DNA of 64,000 nucleotides from Eubacteriales bacterium (GTDB taxonomy: Bacteria; Bacillota; Clostridia; Oscillospirales; CAG-272). Shown piece after piece: positions 28,825 through 38,259 of the stretch. The DNA is taken from the NCBI GenBank assembly GCA_045539595.1, contig JAZQFQ010000074.1:1482-65481 (forward strand), in the 5' to 3' direction. The notes under the pieces were generated by a model, which worked only from the letters and a program-made list of their open reading frames with translations, searched no databases and was not told the origin of the DNA. How positions within the stretch are numbered: the stretch's first letter is position 1; each line of letters begins with the position of its first letter. The translations under genes and the position numbers were made by a program.

Positions 28825-30489
28825 TCAGCCAAGGGTGCAGCCAGCGTTGAACTGGATCTTGCCCTGGTAGTTCTTGATCATACCGGTTACGGTAATGGTA
28901 TCGCCAACCTTCAGATCGGCCGCACCTTCGCCCTTCAGGCGGAAGCACTGAATCGGCTGCTCGGCGTTATCGGCAACCTGGATGGTCACGGTAATGTTGC
29001 CGTACTGCTCGCTCCACTCGGTATCGATGGAAGTGATCACACCGGTGAGAGTTGCAGTGTAAGGCAGGGATGCGCCGTCCGTCAGAGCGTAAGCGGCGGC
29101 TACGATCTCCTGCGGATCCTCAGGTGCTACGGGAGCGGGTGCTTCGCCGGCGGCGGTTGCTTCCAGCACGCAGCCTGCATCGAATTCGTATGTACCCTTG
29201 TAGTTCTTCAGCTTACCGGTTGCGGTGATGGTATCGCCAATCTTCAGAGCCTCAGCGCCCTCGCCCTTCAGGCGGTAGCACTGGATCTTATAGTCCTCAA
29301 GACCGGCCACAACGATGGTAACGGTGATGTTCTTATAGTCTGCGCTGTAGGGAGTGTCGATGGATACGATGGTACCGGTGATGGTCTTCTCAGCATCCTG
29401 GGACTCCTGATCCTGCAGTTTGTATGCGGACAGAGCGTTCTTTACGCTGTGGTACATATCGTTGGGAACGAGCCGACAGCCTGCGTCGAACTCGATGGTG
29501 CCCTTGTAGTTCTTGATCTTACCGGCCACGGTGATCACGTCACCGGCCTTCAGATCCTTGGCACCGTCGCCAGTCAGGCGGTATGCCATAACGATCTTGT
29601 CCTCAACCTGCATATTCACGGTGATGTTGCCGTACTGATCGCTCCAAGCGGTGGTGATCTCGGTAACGGTACCGGTCATAACAGCGGGATATGCCAGAGC
29701 ATCGCCCTCGCCCAGGTTGAAGGCAGCCTTAACGAGTGCCTTCTGGTCTACAACTTCGGACTTAGCAACGAGAACGCAGCCTGCATCGAATTCGATGGTG
29801 CCCTTGTAGTTCTTGATCAGGCCCTCAACGGTGATCTCATCGCCAACAGCGAGAGTGTCAGCACCCTCACCGGCCAGGCGGTAGCACATGATGGGCTTGT
29901 CTTCCTTGCCGGCAACGGCAATGGTAACGGTGATGTTCTTATAATCGGCGCTCCAGGGAGTGTCGATGTTCACGATCTTACCGAACAGGCGGAAGGTGTT
30001 CTCGTTCTTCTCGCCGTCAGCCAGAGCGTAACCCATATCCACGATCTGCGCATAGGTCAGGCCATCTACGTTCAGGCCTGCGGGCAGGATGTGATTCCAG
30101 GAGTGGGTAGCGGTGTTTCCGTTTTCATCGGTGATGGTTGCGGTCAGGACGTAGGGAGTATCGGCCTCAGCGCCCTCATTTACGTTTACGGTAACCAGGC
30201 CGTCCTCAGCAACCTCGATCTTAACGAGATCCTCGGACACGTCGGTGGTCCAAACAACGGTGTACACGGTATCGCCAACGGGAACCTTACCAACGCGCTG
30301 GAAGTCCTTGGCGGTGTTTTCAGCCGCTTTCTTATAAGCGGTCTTTACGTATGCGATCGCATTGTCCAGGCCGTTTTCAGCGGGCTCGACTACATCGGGG
30401 GTATCGTTGGGAGTGGTGGTTTCGTTGCAGCCTGCAAATACACACACGCTCATTGCCAGAAGCAAGAGGCAAGCAATCAATCGTTTCAT
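28825..30489 (-). CDS. lipoprotein with four tandem OB-fold-like repeats of about 95 aa
   Basis: Lipobox 'FAGC'. Four repeats end in 'GD.IT(V/A).G.(I/L)KNY(K/Q)G(T/K)(I/Y)(E/Q)F(D/N)AGC' and are preceded by 'Y.NITVT(I/M)'. It is the last gene of the ABC/nuclease operon. Confidence 0.8.
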   Translation of the reverse strand: MKRLIACLLLLAMSVCVFAGCNETTTPNDTPDVVEPAENGLDNAIAYVKTAYKKAAENTAKDFQRVGKVPVGDTVYTVVWTTDVSEDLVKIEVAEDGLVTVNVNEGAEADTPYVLTATITDENGNTATHSWNHILPAGLNVDGLTYAQIVDMGYALADGEKNENTFRLFGKIVNIDTPWSADYKNITVTIAVAGKEDKPIMCYRLAGEGADTLAVGDEITVEGLIKNYKGTIEFDAGCVLVAKSEVVDQKALVKAAFNLGEGDALAYPAVMTGTVTEITTAWSDQYGNITVNMQVEDKIVMAYRLTGDGAKDLKAGDVITVAGKIKNYKGTIEFDAGCRLVPNDMYHSVKNALSAYKLQDQESQDAEKTITGTIVSIDTPYSADYKNITVTIVVAGLEDYKIQCYRLKGEGAEALKIGDTITATGKLKNYKGTYEFDAGCVLEATAAGEAPAPVAPEDPQEIVAAAYALTDGASLPYTATLTGVITSIDTEWSEQYGNITVTIQVADNAEQPIQCFRLKGEGAADLKVGDTITVTGMIKNYQGKIQFNAGCTLG

Positions 30490-30507
30490 GATAAACTCCT
30501 TCTGATT

Positions 30508-31851
30508 TTAATTTATAATGGTGATATTATCCATGGAAAATACTTTGATCTGATAGGTGCCGTCAAAGGTATCCACGATACCCTTCACGTCGATGGTTTT
30601 ACCCAGATAGGCGTCTGCGGTGATGAGGGAGCCGTCCTCACCGCGGAATACGATGGTACGGACACTGACCGTAACGCCGTCCGCTTCGCAGGTGAGCGTC
30701 ATGGCACCGTAGGAGGAGCTGTCCTCATTCTCCGTGGTATACACGTGTTTGACGGTGAGATTCTTCATCTCCACCGATGTGCCCAGAGCCATCTCTGCGT
30801 AGGGGGCTTCGGTGATGGATTCCTCCCGCTCCACGCTGATTTTTCCGTTTACAAACGTATCGGGAGCGGTCAGCACGTAGGCAGGTGTATGGCCGTCACT
30901 GAGTTTCTGGATATTGCCGGGATCCTTCGGCTTGGTCTGACGGTAATTCAGTCCGGACACCTGATAGCTGTTGCCGGCTTCGTAGTACTGCACCGTACCG
31001 ACGATGCGCACTTCGTTGCCGACGGTCAGCACATCCAGACCGCCGCCGTTCAGGCCATGGCCGTAATAGATATACATACCGTAAAACATATCCGTTTCGG
31101 CATCGTAATCCTCCACATAGACACCCTGGGTGCCGCTGTTGGTGGTGACGATTCCGTTGAAGGCCACTTTGATGCCGTTGTACTCGGCGATGTTGGTGCG
31201 GAGCTCCTTGAGGGTCAGCTCCACGGCTTCGCCGTAGTAGAAATCGGGATCCTTTTGGCCGGAGTAGATATTGTATCCGTGCTCCTTCGCCTGCCGGTTG
31301 GCGGCAACGGCCGCCTCGCCGTAGATTCCGCTGGCGGCGGAGTTGGGCAACGCCAGACCGTTTTGCAGAATCTCGATATTCAGATTGCGGTAGTCCGGTG
31401 AGTCGGCGGTTTTGTACCACACCCACACCAGATACCGGGATCCGGTGGAATCGGGATTCCACGTACTGTTCTCCGACTCGATGATGATCGAGGTGGCGGA
31501 GGACAGTTGTTCTCTTGTGAACTGGGCGGCTTTCTTGCCGTATTCCTCAATTTTGCCGGTGGATTCCGGGGTGTTGATGGCAAGGTATCTTCCCTTCAGC
31601 ACACCGGATTCCATCACATCTTCGGGAACGTAAAAGTGGGTGGTATCCCCATCCACATAGGATTTCACCGTTACCTCCAGCTTGGCGGTGGAGGTGGTCA
31701 TATCCAGTTTGACGGAGGACGCGTAGTCCCGCTCCTCGGTTTGGGCGGAGAAATCCGGATTCGCCGGCACATCCGGCCCACAGCCGGAAAGGCATCCGAC
31801 GAGCAGGCACGCACTCAGTGCAAGGATCCAGCTTCTTTTAGCAGTTGCCAT
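30508..31851 (-). CDS. secreted thermonuclease (SNase-like) lipoprotein with C-terminal OB-fold-like modules
   Basis: Lipobox 'LVGCLSGC'. 'DGDTTHFYV', 'RYLAINTPES' and 'GSRYLVWVW' are staphylococcal-nuclease-like. ATG is at 31851. Confidence 0.78.
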   Translation of the reverse strand: MATAKRSWILALSACLLVGCLSGCGPDVPANPDFSAQTEERDYASSVKLDMTTSTAKLEVTVKSYVDGDTTHFYVPEDVMESGVLKGRYLAINTPESTGKIEEYGKKAAQFTREQLSSATSIIIESENSTWNPDSTGSRYLVWVWYKTADSPDYRNLNIEILQNGLALPNSAASGIYGEAAVAANRQAKEHGYNIYSGQKDPDFYYGEAVELTLKELRTNIAEYNGIKVAFNGIVTTNSGTQGVYVEDYDAETDMFYGMYIYYGHGLNGGGLDVLTVGNEVRIVGTVQYYEAGNSYQVSGLNYRQTKPKDPGNIQKLSDGHTPAYVLTAPDTFVNGKISVEREESITEAPYAEMALGTSVEMKNLTVKHVYTTENEDSSSYGAMTLTCEADGVTVSVRTIVFRGEDGSLITADAYLGKTIDVKGIVDTFDGTYQIKVFSMDNITIIN

Positions 31852-31864
31852 AAATCGATTCAGA

Positions 31865-33289
31865 TCAGCTGTTGTATTCGCACTCTTCCACAGCGGCCTC
31901 AAAGGCAGCCTTGATCTGTGCATCCAGATCGGCACCGGTCATAGTCAGGCACTTGGTCAGAAGCGCACCAACCTGATCGCGGGCTGCGGAGGAACCGTTG
32001 AATGCGGGGGAGGTGTAGTAAGCATCCGCCTGCTCCAGACAAACCTTGGCAGACAGAGCGGCGATGTAGTTACCGCCGTTTGCCTTGGACAGGAAGTCAG
32101 CATAGCCTTCGTTCTCGGAAACGGATTTAATAACCGGAACGTAACCGGAAGCCATAGCAAATTCAGCCTGGAAGTCCACGTTGGTGGTCAGGTACTTGAC
32201 AAACAGCCAGGATGCGATTACTTCCTGAGGATTATCCTTCTTGAAGATACATACGCTGGGACCCTGGGAGATAACTTTCTTGTTCTCTGCATCCACCTGA
32301 GGAACGGTAGCGATGCCCACATCGAAGGGATAGGATCCGTCGGAGTTGGCTGCGGGGCGCTGATAGGTAGCACCGGCGGAAGAACCGATAGACATATAGC
32401 TCTCCAGGCCGTTGGTAGAGGTGAACAGACCGGAGGTGTATGCGCCATACAGAGTCTGGGTGGTCAGGTATCCCTTGGCATACCAATCATTGAAACGCTT
32501 GATGAATTCATGGTTCTGCTCGTTATCAAACAGGAAATGGTCACCGGTGGCGCTGGTATAGGGAGACTTATACTGCTCGCACATGGTGATAAACCAGTTG
32601 GACTCGGAGTCATAGCCGAGAGGAATGGATTCGGGGTCGATCTCCTTGATCTTGGCACAAACGGCCTCCATCTCATCCCATGTGGTGGGAACGCTCAGAT
32701 TGTGCGCATCAAAGAAGGTCTTGTTATAGTACAGTACCTCGGTGGACTTGGAGAAAGGCATGGTGTACATCAGGCCATCGCCAAAGCTGGTACCTTCGGT
32801 GTAGTAACCTTCGATGAAGTTGTCCTTCTGCTCGGCGGTCAGACCGATGATCTCGGTGGTGCCGTCAGCATGGGTAACGGTCAGCTGGCTCTCGATCAGA
32901 TCGTCCAGCGTAGCCACGGCGTCTGCCAAATTGTACAGAGCCACGTGATCGGGATAGCAGTACGCGATGTTGGGCTGGCCGCCGACGGTGATTTCGGTCA
33001 CGATGGTGTCACGGACATCATCATAGCCGCCGCCGTTGACACTCTGCACATCGATATTGGGGAACATTGCCTCAAATTCGGCGATGTATGCCTCAAGAAC
33101 GGTGGCCAGATTGGAGCCCATGGTGTTCATAAAGGTAATGGTAATAGGAGTTTCTGCGTCAAAACCGGTTTCCGGAACCTTGAAATTGACCTCGCCTTTG
33201 GTACCGGGAGTGGTGTTGCCGTTGCACGCTGCCAGCATAGTCATAGCCATGGCAACAAACAAAAGCATTGCGACAATTCTCTTCAACAT
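31865..33289 (-). CDS. ABC transporter extracellular solute-binding lipoprotein (family 1, CUT1-type)
   Basis: Lipobox 'LAAC'. About 470 aa with SBP_bac_1-like composition. ATG is at 33289. Confidence 0.85.
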   Translation of the reverse strand: MLKRIVAMLLFVAMAMTMLAACNGNTTPGTKGEVNFKVPETGFDAETPITITFMNTMGSNLATVLEAYIAEFEAMFPNIDVQSVNGGGYDDVRDTIVTEITVGGQPNIAYCYPDHVALYNLADAVATLDDLIESQLTVTHADGTTEIIGLTAEQKDNFIEGYYTEGTSFGDGLMYTMPFSKSTEVLYYNKTFFDAHNLSVPTTWDEMEAVCAKIKEIDPESIPLGYDSESNWFITMCEQYKSPYTSATGDHFLFDNEQNHEFIKRFNDWYAKGYLTTQTLYGAYTSGLFTSTNGLESYMSIGSSAGATYQRPAANSDGSYPFDVGIATVPQVDAENKKVISQGPSVCIFKKDNPQEVIASWLFVKYLTTNVDFQAEFAMASGYVPVIKSVSENEGYADFLSKANGGNYIAALSAKVCLEQADAYYTSPAFNGSSAARDQVGALLTKCLTMTGADLDAQIKAAFEAAVEECEYNS

Positions 33290-33352
33290 AAGTGGAATTT
33301 CCTTTCTGACTTTATATTGTTTTATGTTACAGGCAGATTGCACCGCTGCCTA

Positions 33353-34261
33353 TTAACCTTTGATACCGCTGCGGCTGACGCCGGCCATGATGTATTTCCT
33401 AAGGAAAATAAACACCAGAAACAGCGGGGCGGACACGATGGCCACGGCGGCCATCTGCACGGGATAATTGACATCACCGGTGGTATCGGTGAAGGCATTG
33501 CGCAGACCGTTTGTGATCATACTGTGGGCGGCATCGTTGGCCACCAGCCGCGGCCACATGTACGAGTTCCACGCGCCCATCATTTTCAGGATGGTGATGG
33601 AGATCAGCGTGGGCAGGGACAGGGGCACCATGACCTTCCACAGGTATTTGAAATCCGTGGTTCCATCCACCTTGGCGGCCAGATACAACTCATTGGGAAT
33701 CTGCATGAAGTTCTGCCGCAAGAGGAATATGTAGAACACACTGACCAAAAACGGAACGATCAATACCGTATAGGTATTCCGCCAGCCGAACTCGGTGACC
33801 GTGACGAAGTTGGTGATGGTAAACAGCTCACCGGGGATCATCATCGTGGCAAGCAGTCCGGAAAACAGAAGTTCCTTGCCCTTGAACTCCAGACGGGCAA
33901 AGGCGAAAGCGGACAGCACCGTGATGATCAAAGAAAGCAGCGTAGAGGAAACACCGACGATCATGGTGTTCAGAAACAGTCTGCCCAGGCTGGCCGTGGT
34001 AAATGCATCGGCGTAGTTGGAGAACATGATCGTCCGGGGGAAGAATGTGGGCTGGCTCAGTCGGTACTCGTCCAATGTTTTCAGGGAGGAGATAATCATC
34101 CAATAAAAGGGGAACAGCACCACAATAGCCATGGCGATCAGGAACGCATACACCAGAATGCGCACGGCGATCTGGGTAACACGCTGGGTGGAGGTAGTTT
34201 TCTGCAGATCTCTTTCCTGCATCACTGTCATAGTTTTCGTAGACATACAGCACCTCCTCAA
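33353..34261 (-). CDS. carbohydrate-type ABC transporter permease (MalG/UgpE-like)
   Basis: Six TM segments with an EAA-like loop 'LYLAAKVDGTTDFKYLWKVMVPL'. The exact start is uncertain (M1 or M6). Confidence 0.85.
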   Translation of the reverse strand: MRRCCMSTKTMTVMQERDLQKTTSTQRVTQIAVRILVYAFLIAMAIVVLFPFYWMIISSLKTLDEYRLSQPTFFPRTIMFSNYADAFTTASLGRLFLNTMIVGVSSTLLSLIITVLSAFAFARLEFKGKELLFSGLLATMMIPGELFTITNFVTVTEFGWRNTYTVLIVPFLVSVFYIFLLRQNFMQIPNELYLAAKVDGTTDFKYLWKVMVPLSLPTLISITILKMMGAWNSYMWPRLVANDAAHSMITNGLRNAFTDTTGDVNYPVQMAAVAIVSAPLFLVFIFLRKYIMAGVSRSGIKG

Positions 34262-35202
34262 TAATGCACGCGCTTCTTGCTCACCCAGTTATTCACCAGG
34301 GTAACCGCAAGAATGATGAGGAACAGAATCAATGCCGCGGCACTGGCGCGGCCCTGACTGTTGCTCTCCAGCGCATCGTAAATAAATCCGACCATGGTAT
34401 TCAGACGTCCTGCGTCATCCGGGGGGCCCATCAGCTCGCCGAAGATACCGACGATGCTGGTATACTCTTTGAATCCGCCGATGAAGCCGGTAATGATAAC
34501 ATACGCCAGCATGGGGGAAAGCAGCGGCACCGTAATATGCGTAAACACACGGCGGCGGGGCGTGCTGTCCACCTTGGCGGCATCGTAATACTGACGGTTA
34601 ATGCTCTGCAGACCGCCCAGAAGCACGAGGATCTTGAACGGCAGAGCATTCCAGACAATATACACCACCATAACGAACATATTGGCGGTATAGGTAGAAC
34701 CGTAATTGATCCAGTTCACATGCTCCCCACCGAAGAACTCAATGACGTTATTGATGATACCGGCGGTGACGATGATCTCATTCTCCGTGCCGTAAAAGCT
34801 GCCGACGATGTTGAACATAGCGGCGAACACCATACCGATGGCGATGGAGTTGGTTACATACGGCAAAAAGAAGATCGTCTGCAAAAGCTTCTGCAGAGGC
34901 TTGATGGAATTGAGTGCCACGGCGATCAGCAGGGCCAGAATGGTGGAGATCGGCACGGTGGTCACACAAAGCAGAATCGTATTTTTCAGACACTGCAGGA
35001 AGCGCTTGTATTCCAGGACCTTCACAAAGTTGCCGATACCGAATGTAAATGTGACGCCGCGGGCGGCTTCCAGGCTTTTATAATTCTCCAGGAAGGCCAT
35101 GCGGACCGTGTTGAAGATAGGCCAGACTGTGAACACCAGCAGCAAAACGATCGCCGGCGATAAGTACAGCCATGCTTTCCACTGTTGCTTGTTGTCTACC
35201 AT
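34258..35202 (-). CDS. carbohydrate-type ABC transporter permease (MalF/UgpA-like)
   Basis: EAA loop 'YYDAAKVDSTPRRRVFTHITVPLL'. It overlaps the next permease by 4 nt. Confidence 0.88.
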   Translation of the reverse strand: MVDNKQQWKAWLYLSPAIVLLLVFTVWPIFNTVRMAFLENYKSLEAARGVTFTFGIGNFVKVLEYKRFLQCLKNTILLCVTTVPISTILALLIAVALNSIKPLQKLLQTIFFLPYVTNSIAIGMVFAAMFNIVGSFYGTENEIIVTAGIINNVIEFFGGEHVNWINYGSTYTANMFVMVVYIVWNALPFKILVLLGGLQSINRQYYDAAKVDSTPRRRVFTHITVPLLSPMLAYVIITGFIGGFKEYTSIVGIFGELMGPPDDAGRLNTMVGFIYDALESNSQGRASAAALILFLIILAVTLVNNWVSKKRVHY

Positions 35203-35203
35203 A

Positions 35204-36307
35204 TTACTTCACCTCATAGCGAATCCGTTCTTCTGTTTCCTTGTGGAAGAGGAAGAACTTATGAGGTTTCACGGAATAGCGTACTACGGGGTTGGACGTA
35301 TCCACCTTGTTATCGGAATTGATGATGGAGCGGATGACGGGGCTGATGGCGGCCTCATTCGTGGACACAATGCTGGCATCGCGGCCCATGATTTCCACGT
35401 TGCTCAGCTTGCAGTGGAGAGGACCGTTTTCGTCCAGAATGAATCCCTCGGGACGGATGCCGATGTACACATCCTGATCCTCCACGCCGGTGATCTCCAG
35501 AACGGAATCCTCGCCGATGTAGACCTTGCCGTCCGAAACCTTGCCTTCCAGCACGTTGATCGGCGGAGTACCAAGGAATTTGGCAACAAACAGATTGACC
35601 GGATCGTCGTATACATCCTGGGGCTTGCCGATCTGCTGTACTACGCCCAGTTTCATCACCACGATCATATCGGAGATGGACATAGCCTCCTCCTGGTCGT
35701 GGGTAACAAACACGGTAGTGATACCGGTTTCCTTCTGGATGCGGCGGATTTCCTCACGGGTTTGCAGGCGCAGACGGGCATCCAGATTGGACAGAGGCTC
35801 ATCCAGAAGAAGGACGCGGGGCATCTTGACCAGGGCACGGGCGATGGCCACACGCTGCTGCTGACCGCCGGACAGCTCGTTGGGCTTGCGCTCCAGCAGA
35901 TCGTCGATCTGCACCAGTTTGGCGGCGGTATGGGCTCTTTCCAGCATCTCGTCCTTGCTCAGTTTATCCTTCCCTTTCAGATTCTGCAAGGGAAACAGGA
36001 TATTCTGCTTGACGGTCATATGGGGATACAGAGCATAGTTCTGGAACACCAGACCGATGCCACGGTTCTCCGTAGACAGCTCCGTGACATCATCGTCACC
36101 GAAAAAGATTTTGCCGGAGGTAGGTTTCTGCAGGCCGCTGATCATGTACAGCGTGGTACTCTTACCGCAGCCGGAGGGGCCCAGCAGGCCGATCAGTTTG
36201 CCGTCGGGGATCTCAAAGGTGAAATCGTTGACGGCGACCACTTCTTTTCCTGCCTTCTTGTCGCGGCTGGGGAAGATTTTTGTCAGATTTTGCAGAACAA
36301 CTTTCAT
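35204..36307 (-). CDS. ABC transporter ATP-binding protein (MalK/UgpC/MsmX-type)
   Basis: 'GPSGCGKST', 'LSGGQQQR', 'LLLDEPLSNLD', and a C-terminal TOBE-like domain. Confidence 0.92.
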   Translation of the reverse strand: MKVVLQNLTKIFPSRDKKAGKEVVAVNDFTFEIPDGKLIGLLGPSGCGKSTTLYMISGLQKPTSGKIFFGDDDVTELSTENRGIGLVFQNYALYPHMTVKQNILFPLQNLKGKDKLSKDEMLERAHTAAKLVQIDDLLERKPNELSGGQQQRVAIARALVKMPRVLLLDEPLSNLDARLRLQTREEIRRIQKETGITTVFVTHDQEEAMSISDMIVVMKLGVVQQIGKPQDVYDDPVNLFVAKFLGTPPINVLEGKVSDGKVYIGEDSVLEITGVEDQDVYIGIRPEGFILDENGPLHCKLSNVEIMGRDASIVSTNEAAISPVIRSIINSDNKVDTSNPVVRYSVKPHKFFLFHKETEERIRYEVK

Positions 36308-36348
36308 ACAAATTCCCTTCCTGATATAGTTTTTTGCTTATTTATCTG

Positions 36349-37110
36349 TTAATACGCCTGTCGGGCGGATTGCTCGGCGGCAATTTTTTTCTTATATGCA
36401 ATCAAATCCTCGGTGGTGGCAAAGATCTTCTGGCTGGCGAAATCCACCACGGCGGTGCCTGCCAGCAAATCATGGATGGCCGAGTGGGCACGGGTGACAA
36501 GAGGCACGATGGCATGTACCAGCAAAAACACCAGCAGAATCAGCGTTCCCGTGGAGCCCATGGCACCGAAAAAGATCATCATGGCGATGTAGACGGGGAT
36601 CATGGTTTCGATGGTAAATTTGCCCAGAATGGCGCGAACAAACAGCTGCATGGTATTGACCCGGACGCAATCGGTACGCATCAGACAAAGGCCGAAGATC
36701 TTTTTGCCCAGTGTTTGTCCGTTTCCGAAGAAAAGCGGGACAACAAATTCCAAAGCCAGAACGGCAAGCAGCAGCCCGAGTGTGGTAATCACCAGGCTGA
36801 GATTCATCACCATATTATAAGTATAAACGGCTTCCTCGTCGGCGGCCAGGGCGGCATAAGCGGCGTCGTACTGTGCCCGTTCCGCCTCACTCATGGCATC
36901 GTATTCTTCCCGTGGGATATTGAACACCACGCCGTATTCCGTTTCGTGGCGGGCATAGAGGGCATCCAGTTTTTCGCTGTAGCCGTCGTATCCCAAAGCG
37001 GCGGAAAGAAGGAATCCAAAGGCGACCGCCAAAACCATCACCAGAATGGAATCAAACATCCAAGAGGCAATCCGCTTCCACAAGCTTGCCTTCTGCAGGT
37101 CCAGATCCAT
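36349..37110 (-). CDS. RDD-family membrane protein
   Basis: 'WKRIASWMFDSILV' and 'GQTLGKKIFGLCLMRTD' are RDD-like. ATG at 37110 lies 8 nt after GGGAGG. Confidence 0.72.
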   Translation of the reverse strand: MDLDLQKASLWKRIASWMFDSILVMVLAVAFGFLLSAALGYDGYSEKLDALYARHETEYGVVFNIPREEYDAMSEAERAQYDAAYAALAADEEAVYTYNMVMNLSLVITTLGLLLAVLALEFVVPLFFGNGQTLGKKIFGLCLMRTDCVRVNTMQLFVRAILGKFTIETMIPVYIAMMIFFGAMGSTGTLILLVFLLVHAIVPLVTRAHSAIHDLLAGTAVVDFASQKIFATTEDLIAYKKKIAAEQSARQAY

Positions 37111-37326
37111 GTCGATTTCCTCCCGGTTTCCCAATTAATAAACGGATATACATTATTCTAACATACATCCCATAGAATTTCCACACCATTTGAATAATTC
37201 CGACAGTAAACTTTTTCTTGGATGTGTGAAATGATGCAAAATGCGTGAACAGCCATTGTAATCATTACATGATACAACATTTGACACAAAAAATCAATGG
37301 ATTTTGTAATAATTATTAAAAATTCA

Positions 37327-37357
37327 GCAAAAAAGCACAGAAACTCCTGTGCTTTTC
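37327..37357 (-). terminator. terminator downstream of the DeoR-family gene
   Basis: Stem AGCACAG/CTGTGCT with flanking A and T runs. Confidence 0.55.
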
Positions 37358-37377
37358 TATGCAGTTGTATGGACAAA

Positions 37378-38106
37378 TCAATCCCTGCCCTGCAAAGAGG
37401 GCGGTAATTCTTTTTCGCACAAAATGCCGTCCACCGCATTGGCGGTGCACAGATTGTACATATACTGCCGTCCGATTTTATTGGACGTGCAAAGAAAAAC
37501 TTTCTTTTTGGCATGCTGCATCATAATGCGTCGGAGCTGGGATTCCTCCATGGAGGAGTCGGTCAGCTGTCCATCCTCCGTGATGCCCCGGCAAGAGAAA
37601 AAGAAGATATCCGCATTGAAGTTCCGCACGAAATTTTCCGCGTGCGCGCCAACAAAGGCAATGGAATTCTCCAGAAGCAATCCGCCGGTGGACAAGGATC
37701 GGATCTTCAATTCCGCCAGTTTCAGGGAGGTTTTGGGGCTGTTGGTGATGACGGTCAGATCGGAAAAGGAAGCCAGATAGGGCGTCAGGTAGGACACGGT
37801 AGAGGAAGCATCCAGAAAGATGATCTGTCCGTCGCGGATCTGCTTGACCGCCATGCGGGCGATGGCGTCCTTGGCCCGGCGGTTCTCATGCTCACGCAAG
37901 GCAAAAGGCACCTCCCGGTTGATCATATCGCTGAGCACCGCGCCGCCGAAGGTCCGGCGGATCTTTCCCTGCTCCTGCAATGCGGCCAGATCCCGGCGGA
38001 TGGTAGGCTCGCTCACATACAGCGCCTGGGCCAGATAATGGACGCTGGCACTGCTCCGTTTTTCCAGAATATCTATAATTTTGTTGTGTCGTTCCCGGAA
38101 ATACAT
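37378..38106 (-). CDS. DeoR/GlpR-family transcriptional regulator
   Basis: N-terminal wHTH 'RHNKIIDILEKRSSASVHYLAQALYVSEPTIRRDL' and a C-terminal sugar-phosphate sensor domain. Confidence 0.88.
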   Translation of the reverse strand: MYFRERHNKIIDILEKRSSASVHYLAQALYVSEPTIRRDLAALQEQGKIRRTFGGAVLSDMINREVPFALREHENRRAKDAIARMAVKQIRDGQIIFLDASSTVSYLTPYLASFSDLTVITNSPKTSLKLAELKIRSLSTGGLLLENSIAFVGAHAENFVRNFNADIFFFSCRGITEDGQLTDSSMEESQLRRIMMQHAKKKVFLCTSNKIGRQYMYNLCTANAVDGILCEKELPPSLQGRD

Positions 38107-38259
38107 ATTCCCTCCGTGATCAATTGTGATCGATTATGAGTAAAATATACCACGAACTTGATCGTTTGTCAATATATTTGTACAGTATCGCAATCACCGT
38201 GATCATTTGTTATAATGATAATACCCCCTGAAAATCTATTATACATAAGGAATGAGACT

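Noticed and set aside
29449-31401. 650-aa plus-strand ORF
   Set aside because: Antisense to the OB-repeat lipoprotein and thermonuclease genes. Its repetitive sequence mirrors the repeats on the coding strand.
32510-34264. 584-aa plus-strand ORF
   Set aside because: Antisense to the solute-binding protein and a permease. Shadow ORF.
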